DNA from: Ascidiella aspersa
Taxonomy: Eukaryota
NCBI GenBank assembly: GCA_963924565.1
Contig: OZ004614.1
Coordinates: 5,518,001 to 5,582,000, forward strand
Direction: 5' to 3'
DNA: 64,000 nt
How positions within the stretch are numbered: position 1 is the stretch's first letter; every line of letters starts with the position of its first letter. Under the pieces are notes generated by a model that was given only the letters and a program-made list of their open reading frames with translations, did no database searches and had not been told where the DNA came from. Positions 39,701-51,700 of the stretch are shown here, one piece after another. Made by a program: the position numbers and the translations under genes.

Positions 39701-42700
39701 AAGTTTACGGAGGAAACGCAGTTGTTTTAACGATGCTCTCATCGATTGCGAAATCAGTGTGTATGACGTCAAACGGATGATGACGTCACATGGACGCGTG
39801 TTTGACGTCAGCGTGTATGACGTCACACTTTTCTTTAGCGCCGCTGCGGCAGTCGCAACACTTGTTTTTTACCGTTTTAAACCTGCGTGCAATGTTGAAA
39901 CCCATCGTTTGCGTTTTGTTTTTTTCCCTATTTAATTTTCTTGCAAAAGTTTCAAGCTCGTTTTGTCCCAATCTTTTTTCAGGCGCCGCGCTTTTTATTC
40001 TCGTAGTTTCTTTCTTTGCTACGAACAAGTTGAAATCGCCCGTTTTACCTTTCTCGTTGCAGCGACGAAATACAGAAACTGTGATTGTTGTCGGCCTTGC
40101 CCAAAGCAAACAAAAACTACTTTTTCTTGTTTTGAAAGTTCACCGTACACCGGATAGCAAACAAATAGGTAAAACAAACGTCTAAACCAGCGGTTCTCAG
40201 TTTTTGTAAATATTTGAGCCATATTGCACAGTCGATTACCACGGGAGTTTAACAAACAAAAAACAATAGCAACAAATCACAACAACAACAAAAAAGTTGC
40301 CCTTTTTCTATTTTAATGGTTAACACTTGTGTAACAGATAAGCTTGCTCTAAGATTCAAACTCACGGCCTTTACCATACGAGGACCCAGACGCAAGCAAA
40401 CATTCAAGAAATTAGCTGTTAACCTGTTTAACAAAGAAAAGCATGTCAAAGCAACCGGTAAACTACTCAGGTCAGAGAAAACGCCACTAATGAAGGCTGC
40501 CCAAAAAACTTTTCGAGAATGGCGCCTCTGTTTTGCAAAATTGACGCAAGTGAAGATCCCACCGACCTGTTTCGCTTGTTCGGTCCTTCCCCGTTTGGTC
40601 ATGACCACACCGAGATTGAGGTAAGCCAGGGCGAGGGTTGGCCTGTAGCGTATCGAATCGTTGTAGCTCTTTTCCGCGTCGGTGAAGCGTCCCGACTCTT
40701 GGTATAAAAGCGCCCTGGGATGAAAAACAGGCAAAGATAGGAAAATATAGCTACAGGTAACTAAAACGATGAAAAAAACATTGCCAACGTTTATACCAAC
40801 CTCACAGTCGGATGAGCTACAGCGGTTATAAAGCATTTAAGAATATAGTAGATAGCGACAAAGAACTTATACGATCACGTCAGACTATTTTAGGTTTTTT
40901 GTCCCCCAATCAAAGACCCCTAGGGTTGCAAGACTTATAAACCTCTTATGCGCACCACATACCACTCTGCGTCATTTCTGAAAGTTTTAAAATTCTACGA
41001 TGTATAGTTCTTCTATTAAGTTTTGGACAAAAATCGGTATAAAATATACAAAAGCAAACCAAGTGACCAAAACAAGATATGACCCGAAATAATTTTTTGG
41101 CCAATATAATTACCATATTTTAAAAGCCATCATTTTGTTCGTGAAACAAGCGCAATTGAAGTAAGAAACCGGTCGTGGCTAAAGGGTTCCTGTTCGGGTA
41201 AAAATATTCATACTAGAAAATGTTAAATTTAGACTAAAATGGATATGGGGCTTGTACAGAAGCTCAACAATGAACAGCTGGTGCCTTTATACAACGGCAC
41301 TCGAGAACTTTATTTATGATCACAGAAAGAAGCTTTGCATAATGATTATACATAAAGAGACCATTCTGCTTGTTCACAAGTACAAACAATAGCGTACTTC
41401 ATTTCCTAATTACAGGAAAAATACTTTTTTTTGGAACCGCAAAAAATGGCAACCTTGAGAGAGAACGATGTGCATTTATGCTTGATCACAGAAAGAAGCT
41501 TTGCATAATGATTATACATAAAGAGACCATTCTGCTTGTTCAGAAGTACAAACAATAGCGTACTTCATTTCCTAATTACAGGAAAAATACTTTTTTTTGG
41601 AACTGCAAAAAATGGCAACCTTGAGAGAGAACGATGTGCATTTATGCTTGATCACAGAGAGAAGCTTTGCATAATGATTATACATAAAGAGACCATTCTG
41701 CTTGTTCAGAAGTACAAACAATAGCGTACTTCATTTCCTAATTACAGGAAAAATACTTTTTTTTGGAACTGCAAAAAATGGCAACCTTGAGAGAGAACGG
41801 TGTGCATTTATGCTTGATCACAGAGAGAAGCTTTGCATAATGATTATACATAAAGAGACCATTCTGCTTGTTCAGAAGTACAAACAATAATGTACCTCAT
41901 TTTCTAATTACAGAAAAAATACTTTTTTGGCACTGCAAAAAATGGCAACCTTTCATATCGTACGGTAAACCGGTGTGACGCATTCTAGCTGATTCTTGCC
42001 TATAGGTGAACAAACCCTTTAACAGGGGACGTTGCGTTGTTTTGTACAATGTTTGCAAAAAGTGTGCGCACATTTAAAAATGGCTTTAAAAATTGGTGCA
42101 CTTTTTTCAGAAAGTGCGCAGGTTTTAAAATGGCTTTCAAAAAGTGCACTGTTTTCTTAGAATGTGCGCACATTTTAAAATGACTTAACAAAAGTGCGCT
42201 GTTTTCGCAAAATGTGCGCGCATTTTAAAATGCTTTTAAAATATACTCACACTTTACAGATAGCGTTGTGCACCCGCATAACCTATCTCAAAATGTGCGC
42301 ACATTGTGCGAAAAGAGCGTACTTTTTTAAAACCATTTTTAAATGTGCGCATCCCCGTCGCAAACCCTTCACTTGTGTCACAGTCACAGAACGCGCGGCA
42401 GAAGTTTCGATGTGATACTCCGCCGTCAGCAATCCGAGAAACGCAAAACAGGGCTTTGTTCGGCGGGCTGGAAAGGCGCATAAACAGGCAACAATGGCAC
42501 ACCGACGCTACTGGACGCCCAAGCAGTTTGCACCGAAAACAGAAGGCCAGATGAGACACAATCGAGCGCTGGTTTGACTGTACACAGTCGCGTCTTGTTC
42601 CCAGGGATTTTTGGGATGACTAAGCGGACCCGTCGACCGTATTTCAGGGTATAAGGGGGGCTTTAAGTGGAACAGAAGCGCGTTTTTTTCGCTTTGTTAC

Positions 42701-45700
42701 GTGCGCGGGGCGTGAGCGATCAATCAGCGATAAAGTATAAAGAACATGGGCGAGCGTTGGATGAAATGCGTTTTGTTTCGCTCGGCCATAGATACTGTCC
42801 TTTATGCACATCGTAAACCTAGTATTGTTCTACTTTTAGGTATTACGAAAAGCGTCTTTTCGCTTTTCAGAATAAAAATTACCTTCGCTAAGTAGCGAAC
42901 AAAACATCGGTTTTACGTATTTCACAATAGCTTTCTTCTACTACCGTTTGTCAACAGTGAACTTATACATGTGAACATGTGCAACAATCTACTCATTTTA
43001 CAATGCTTACAGCTAAATGTTTACCGTAGAATGCGATCGCACTAAAAGTAGTAGCGATATTTGAGAAAAAGGTCACCCCTATTGGTTATATGTAGTGGCC
43101 TTTTGATCGGAGCTATATTCGCATTTTCACCGTAAAACTTCGCAAAACTTGATATAGTTTAAATTCATTATGTCATCGCAAACTGAATCCCCATTTTATT
43201 AACAATAGCTATAATGATAATTGGTTAAACAATAGTCTGGTTGGATTTTGCAGGTAAGGCAGCATTGTTGTTATATTCATCAGATAAAACGGAGTCGTGG
43301 TCCTAGGCGATGCATCAATATTTTGAGCTATTAAATTAACGCATAATTTACCTGTTAAATAAAAAGGTCGCATTCATACAGACAGCTTAATATGTAAAGA
43401 TATACATTTTAACGCCCTTCGTCGTTTGCCAAGAATAGTAACGATTTATAAAAAATAATAATAATTAAAGCTCAAAATTTGATTTCGTAAGGAAGGGAGA
43501 TGTTTGTCAATGTTACTGAAGGATCAGTAAAAAAATTGTCAAATACGACTTTATCATTTAAAAAAAAGTTTAACATTTTGACCTGAAACACACCGAAAAC
43601 GAGTTCAACAAATGAGCATCAAAGTGACATTTCGCCGCGAATATGTTTCAAAGGGACACGCCCGGCTCAAAATCAAAGTGCGACTTTAAATCTTTTCGAA
43701 ACGAACATAAGCTCTCCCAAGCTGAAAGCAACAAAAAAGCTACGAAACGTCTATACTCTGCCGTCTTTCACCGCCTCTTAAGCAAAACGAAAGCGCATCG
43801 TAAGCGCGATGAAAAGGCCCCCTACGGGTCGTTACCGCCGTTGGGGTCGGGGGCTTTTTCGGGGTCCGCTGGCTTAGGGGTGATTGGCAGGCGGTCGATT
43901 AGTCTCTCATCAAGCGGGGACGCTTAAAGGCGTTGAAATGGATTTCGGCGACTGGGAAAGCATTTTCATCGCGAATCTGCTGGAGTTACCGTTGGGGATG
44001 GGCGCTTTAAAAATAAACCCTAACTGTGGGACTTTTATTGTGATCATCAAAAGTCCGAAAACAACGTAAGGCCAAGTTGCTTCTTGTTTCTGATGCTCTC
44101 TTTTAAATGACTGCCTGATTTTAAGGCGTGGTCCGTTAGATTATAAAAAACGTTAAATGATTGCTCTTTAAAATGTTTTAAAAAGATTACTATAGAACTA
44201 CGAAAAATTATCGAAATATAATTGGAAATTATGTAAAAAAAAATATTAGTGATAAAATCAAAGCGTGATATTGTTAATAATTTTTATGGCATTCGTAGAT
44301 ATAAGATTTCTAAGAAAAAACAAGAGGCAAAAACGCATTTAAGGAACGCGAATTATACTTGATCTTTCATTTTTAATTCTCTTGCGCATTTCCATGTAAG
44401 CCAACTTATGCAAAACTTCACTTACAAATTGTAGTGTACGTCTGCCATGTTGGGTCGATGACGTAATGCAGTGACGTAGGCCTCCTCGGCTTCGTGACGT
44501 AGCCCCTGTGTTCGGTACACGTTGCCAAGGTTACCCCAAGCCTTGGCTGGGTTGGTAGTTAAGCCGGAACTGGAAATAAACAATAAGACGTATGTAAATC
44601 TAGGTCTATATATGAAACTTTTATACGACATCAACATACTTATACGACATGGTATCGTTTATAGTGTTTACAGCGGCTCATTAAAAAGATAAATATAGTT
44701 TGCGGCACCCTTACTGGTATTTTTGATTTTACAGGAATGTCACAATAAACGAAATAAACAACTCATATGAGCTTTGTACAAAAAAGGGGAATGCTTTTTT
44801 TTAGCCTTGTATTCTAGCGGTACACAAATCATAGTATTAAACTGATTTTAATCACGGTCATGTATTAAAATAGTGAACTTGGTGTGTACAAAGTTTTAAT
44901 ATACCTTACCGAATTCTGTTTTTAAAAAGATAAGTTAGTTTGGAGAACATTTTGTGACGGTCGAAAAGCCGACAACTCAGTCTTAAGTGTGTAGCCGCCC
45001 TCAAAAACGGAGAAATAATCTCACCTGTATAGACTCAGTTCGTCCTTCCAGTCGTAACCTCTCAACCATGACCGACACGCAAGAGCGAGAACTAGTGACG
45101 TCACAAAAATATGCCAGGCGTGACGACGACACCTGCGACCGATGAAAGAATGAAAGTTGTTTGTTTCTATTGGAACTGAAAGTTATACCAAAATTATTAT
45201 AACTAAACTATTGCTCAACTTAACAGTAGAATTACCGTGGGCGGTCAACACGACGTTTCATAAAGAACAGAAAAACGTACAAATAAAAAAATGCAGAATA
45301 ATTTAGCCTTATTTTCATCATAAGTTTCTTTAACTATTTGGGCTTGAATCTTAGCAGGTGTGAGATCAATACGTTGTATGCTTTATTATAATATCATATT
45401 CTGAGATATACTTCATAGGCCATATAATCGAATTGCATTGTAGCCCCCAAGCTAATTTTAAAAGGCGTGAAGGAAATTTGATTTTCTTGTTTTATTTATA
45501 TGAACATTAAAATTGATTAAAAAACAATAAACTTAAAAGATCAAACGGCGTTTTTTTATTATGCTGCTTTTTACATCGACTTGTAGCTATTCAAAGGCAT
45601 ACAAGAACAAAGAATTTGCAGCGCTCAGCGCAATCCACACATTCAACTTTCACCCAACTGCACACTTTCCGCAACCTAATACGCAGCATTCTTGCAGTTT

Positions 45701-48700
45701 CACATTCGTGTGGAATTACTTCCGCTTTCTCCGCCAACCACCGAACTTTGTTGACTTGTTGAGTTGACTCCAAATCATGAACTAGTTAGAAACGAACTAT
45801 CACAACCAACTGCAGCCATTGTTTGATGATTGTTTTTCAACCACAGCACAATAAAACGCGATCGTTTAGGGCAATTTTAATCGGCGAGGAATTGGAGTTT
45901 GCTTCACGATCAAAATGACCGTTGGCGGTATTTTAAAGTAAATCACTATATAACTCATACTGTGTTATTCTAATAAACTAAAGATTCAGATGCTTATGAA
46001 GTGACTTAGAATTAGGAGAAGTTTCAATATTCAAACAGATACCTAAGCGGCGACATCAACGATTAAAAATCAAAAAACGGTCAAAATGATCGCACTGGTA
46101 ATTCTAGCGTTAAAGGAATTCCCTGTGAGGTGTTTTTTAACGAGTTAGCTGGAAATATTTTCTTTATAAAAAATTGACTAAATACGGGTGTTTGGTATTA
46201 ATATTATATTTGTGACGATAAATTACAATCTTAGGCCTAGAATCATTTCTGCACCAAAGGTGTTGCTGCGGTGCATGGCACATCATCTTGTTCGACCGCT
46301 AGCCTTTTGTTTTTTGACGAAATGAAACACGTCAGAATGATACAGCCCAAGAGCAGCACACATTGAAACACCAGTACGCCAACGCCGCCATATTTGTTGA
46401 AAAAAAATCGGCCCAGCACACCAAGTAATATTGTCAGCGCCGACATTATCCCAGTTACCCAAGTATTGGCAAGAGCTTCGTCAACGGGATAGGTTAGTTG
46501 CGTTATGATCTCAACTGCTATGACGTCTGTAAAGCCAGAAAAGAACCCGAAAAGACAATTTGTCACCAAAATAACGACTGAATTTGCCGTGTATACGCCC
46601 AGTGTAAGTCCGACTGAGGCAAAAAAGTACAGCGAAAGGAATTTTATCATTAAAAGTTTGTACCGTTTACAGTGGTCGACAAGCTTTCCGGCAATTGTCA
46701 GTCCCAGTATGTTACTTACGCTCCACAGAGTCATAGCGATGCCACTTAACATATCTGTGGGCACATACGAAAATTGTTTCAAGTCCAAACTGTGAACGAT
46801 CTGGGACATCATGAGATTCTCAAGAAATACCAACTGATAACTGAGACCGAACACAATTGTCACGGCGCTGTAAGACCAGTTTGCGAAAAGGGACTTGGTT
46901 TCTTTTAGGAACATATCTGCTGTCTTTGTGTCTTGACTGGTGTCGTCCTTAACTTCCTGTGCTACCGTTGGAGCTGTTGGGGGCTTATCGGTCAAAAACA
47001 TGTAAAATAACAGTCCTGGGAGAATAGAAACGGCAGAACCGCAACCGTACATCAACTGTAGAGATAGTCGTCCGTTTTCAAGGGCAACAAGGCTTAAATT
47101 ATACTGCGAGGAATTTGCTGCTACATCCGTCGCGTATAACAACAGACTTGGTGGTACTAAGTAGCAAAATAAATCGCCGAATATCAGGCCTATCATATTG
47201 ACGGCTATCGCGGTTCCCACTTGACGTTCGGGGAACCATAAGACTGCAAAAGATGACGGTAAACCTACCGAGACCGTTTCGGCGAGCCCTGACAAAATCT
47301 GTCCAACGAATATTAGCGGCATGAGCAAAGGATTTGTGAGAGCGGCTGTTACAAGAAACGTGCCTAAAGTACTTGTGAACGCCATTAAAAGCACCATCCT
47401 TCTTAGTCCTACTTTGCCGTTGAATATAAACCACGCCAACGGAATCGTAACTAAAGCCGAACTGATGAAGCGCACGTTGGTAAACCAGTCCACTGTTAAG
47501 AAGTCGACGTTGTAGTATTGGGAGTAAAAGTTGCTGATTTGTCCGAAACTGGCGAATGAAAGGCCAACGTATAACTGATAAAATGCTAGCCCAACAAGAA
47601 AGAACCACCTTCTCGTATAAAGTGTCCTATTTTTATTCTCCATTATTTCGGAACGTTTTTCACCACGTGTGCAAACCGCACAATCAAAATCACTTCAAAC
47701 GCTTATTTCTAGTTAGGCCGAAATGAAAATCGCCAAACCTAATTTTCCGCAAAAAAAAGATTAGGCATCCATCAGTGACAGAACGTTATTCTAAATAACT
47801 ACCAAGGTAATGCCCAAAGTACATAATCGTACCGCAAGCGTACAATGCGCACAGGATGGAAACGTTGGCGTAGAGACTAACATTCGCTCGTGTGTCATAC
47901 AATTTCTCGGTAAACGTCAACTAGTCATGTCAAAGTAATCCTATAAAAAAGTAAATTTTGTTGTCGAACTTGCTCGTGTCTGGTTGATAGATAGATGATA
48001 ATTGAACATTAACTCTGTGCTTGTACATCAACCATTCCGTACAACTCTGTGCTTTCCAAGGCAACGTTATGACAATTCAGGATAAGAAGGGTAATTCAGA
48101 CGTAAACCAATTTAATCGTTTTTTTCACTATTTCTGGTTAACTTTGCGCCCTAAAGCATACCAGCGCACCATACACCATTACTATTGTTTTCTTTTTTTT
48201 CAAAAATGGTTACTCGTATATATGACAATATGTAAAACAAAAGCTTTGCATTTACATCAAACGGATTTGTAAATTTTTTTCGAAAAGAGTTGTGACAGGA
48301 TGACAAAACGGAAAATAAAAAACCTTCGCAGTTAATTCGAATGGTTTTATGGTATTACTCAAAATCTAAACCTATAAACTTGAAATTTTTCCTGGCGGTT
48401 TATATGCAATAAACCAAAATGCGTTTGTAAGTGCGTTTTTATTTAGGATTTTCGCAAAACACAGCTTTTAAATATGTGATGTTTTTGAAAGCTGTGTTTT
48501 GTGAAAATCCAAGCGAGGCCTTGCGGAAAGACTGTAAAAAAACTATTCTTCACTTCACAGTCATAGAATCTGGTGTATTGCCCATTTCGGCCTCTTAAAC
48601 ACCTCAAAAGAGCACTAAGCATACCAGTCCTCTAAATAGTTGCTGATTATTATGAGCGTGTACCGAACTACAGCCAGCTAACTTAATTCTACCGGCCTGC

Positions 48701-51700
48701 GGCATGTTACCTTAATCAAGATAAAATACAGTAAAAATGTTCACGGACGCCAAACTAAATTTTAATCAAACTTTAAACTTAAAACAAACCTCGATTTAAT
48801 ATTAGCACGACCGCGGAGCCAGAAGAGGCCCTGGGTAGCGAGGATCACCAAACCGACGCTCGGCAGATAGAGGATCCTCTCTGCGACTACGAAGCCCACG
48901 TAGAAAAATAGATTGGTGGCGGGCAGAAAGGCCAGAGAGGAAACAGTGATCCCGAACAGCAGGGCGCATTCCGTTTCTGCGTAAAAAGGCAAGTTAAATT
49001 TCTGAACGGCTGATGCATAGTTAAAAATACATTGTTTTTACTTGCGAATGATTCTACCCTATTACTCTGATCACTATTATCAAAAACGATTAAAGCAATG
49101 TAATAAGAGAAAAAATATAACTTTCTGAATTTTCAGAAAAATTGATCTTCAGGAAAAAAATCACAAAATGTAAAAGGCTAAAAAAAATTCTCAAAAAAAA
49201 TATCAGTTTTATTTACATTGTACAGTTTTATTTTTACCGTATGTTGTAATTAAAACTTTCTGCAGCCTTTATTTTTAAACTTTGCCCAGCAATTTGGAGA
49301 GCACTTGTCGTTGTTAGATATGCGTTGTTATTGTATTGATATGTTATACGTATTATAGTAAATCTTGCATAACACATACTGCGGACACATGATGGTGATG
49401 TTTCAGTTAAACGCCCAAAATCTTTAGGTATTTGGCACGAATCTGAATCAACACCACTTTATTTACCTGAACAAGAACGCGGCGACAGCTCAGTAATGGG
49501 AAGGCGACGTTTGGCGTCGGAAAACGCGGGTAACTCGCCGTCCGTGCTACTCGCACTCGATCGACGTCTAGACGACGAGTAGCCGTCGTGGCTTCGGTCC
49601 TGGCGCCTCAGGAACTTCCAGGACGGCCAGAGGGCGCCGAGGAACGCGCAGTAAAAGGCCAGGGTGGCAAGGTTCCGCGGGTCATCCAGGCCACGCAACA
49701 ACGGCACCGCGTCCATGCTCCAATCAAAGCTAAGGTGCAGCGGAAAGACGAATAGCAGTGCATTGAAGAAGAGAAGGTAGTTGAAGGTGAGCGCGCGACT
49801 TAGGAGATCTGCGCTGGCGGCCGCCGGGTTATCCGACTCCGAAAAGCCGGGAAAACGCGTGGAACCGCCCGATGTCTGCGCGCACAGCGACAGACGCCCG
49901 AGAACGGCTAGTAGTGTGAAGGCAACCGCGAATCGGACGCGCGATTGAAGCTGCTTACATTTTGCGCCCTGAAATCGAAGGTAAACTGAGTAAAAAGCGT
50001 TAAATACTGGCCAGGTTCGAAAGGCGTCATTGAAAGTGAACTAGCTGTATTTGGCAAGTAAAACTCATAGTTAAAAACATGAGTAAAAACAGGATCAGAC
50101 GTTTTGTTTAAAAGGAAAATATGTTTCGCCAAGCGGCATCATCAGTTCCTGTAAGAGTACAAATAAATAAATAAAATCAGAGCGCAAATAAAATCAGAGC
50201 GTTGGGTACCCTATGTACGGATCTGTTATACAGCTTGATAATAAATTGCAAAGCCAAAAAGGTCGAGTAGGTCGACATCATCTTAAAACAAGTGATGCTT
50301 AAACTACTTCTAAGTCAAATATGATACAAGCTCGTATGTTGTAAAATAAACGCCTGAACGACGGGATAACACGAGTTCAACTCGGGTCCTACGACAACTA
50401 CACATATTTTCCATTACTCGGCCGGCAAGTCACATAACCGGGACAAACTTTATAAAGTGTGAAAAAGAATAAGTTTTCCTTTCAAGTAAAGGTGGACATT
50501 TTTTTGGTAAAAATTGCAAAAATTTTACCAGTTAAATTCAAAAAATGAAAGGATTTGTTTTCGGTATTTGGAGTCTGAATGTTTGTACTATTTCTCGTGA
50601 AAAGACGATACAGCCAAAAAACAGTGAAAACTAATTTATTAAAAATATCAAAGTGTAACGCTCGAAAAAACTAAAATAGCGGAAATTTCCACGCCTTAGC
50701 AACTAACTATAGAACCAAAATAATGTGTAATAAGAACACCAAAGCCCATATAGTAGCAACATCTGTTGAAAATGAATAAAGAGTTATTCGAAACGTTCAA
50801 AATACTATACCTACTTCTGTATGGGCTTTGATATTCTTATTACGTCTTACTACAACCACCAACCATTATGCTCCAATATAACAGGCAATTTCACTTGACC
50901 GCCTTACGTGATGCGTTCCTACACATCTATGACGTAACAATCGAGTCTGGCGGCAAATTGTTTTCCAGGCTGTTGCGCTAATGGCCAATCTCAAGTGCGC
51001 TTGGGGGCTATTTATTTCACCCGGGGTCGGGCATTTCGGCCCCAGCAAATTCCTGGGGCACAAATTGGCCCCAGATCTGTCACAATTGACGCCACAATTG
51101 CCGCCTATTACGTCACACATGGACGAGTTTTTAATGCCCCGTCGGCAATTACGCCCAAACTTTAGGGGGTAATCTTTGTCTAAATTGATTCTAACTGACA
51201 AAGTTTGACAAGCGGGCAGGCTTGGATGAGCACAACATTTCAGCACGAAAACCATCGGCGTAATCGCTTAATTTTCTCTCTTTGCCAACACATCTTGCCA
51301 ATTTATCGGTGGACAAACGTTCGGAAAAAAGGTCGAGGCCGCAACAGGTTGGTTTCGGGTTTGGCACGATGCTAGATTATCTTGAACCAGTGACGTTACG
51401 TACAGCTTCGGTTGAACCCACATGGCACTGCGAAATTTCTTGCGGAACCGCGATGCCTAAAGAGCAACTTGTAAAAAATTTCAGACAATTGTAGCGGGTA
51501 TCGCCAAAATTGATTTCGCTGAGTACTGGAAATTGCGCCGGTGAACTGTAAACGCCAAACATAAGGTCGCAAATCAAATTTTTCGTGAGAAAACGATTGA
51601 CACCAGTCGGAATAGGCGGCAATATACAAGAGCGACCTCCCCCGGTGCAGGCAAATTAAAAATACCGATTCTGGAAAACGCGGTGACTGGTTCAAACGCG

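Noticed and set aside
37583-39826. Many overlapping ORFs on both strands
   Set aside because: Shadow frames of the GC-rich GPCR last exon.
41370-41890. Three near-identical 62-aa ORFs
   Set aside because: By-product of the 166-bp tandem repeat; no coding signature.
43720-43760. CTGAAAG...CGAAACGTC as a hammerhead (similar weak hits near 51963 and 49147)
   Set aside because: No convincing helix I or II; likely chance matches.
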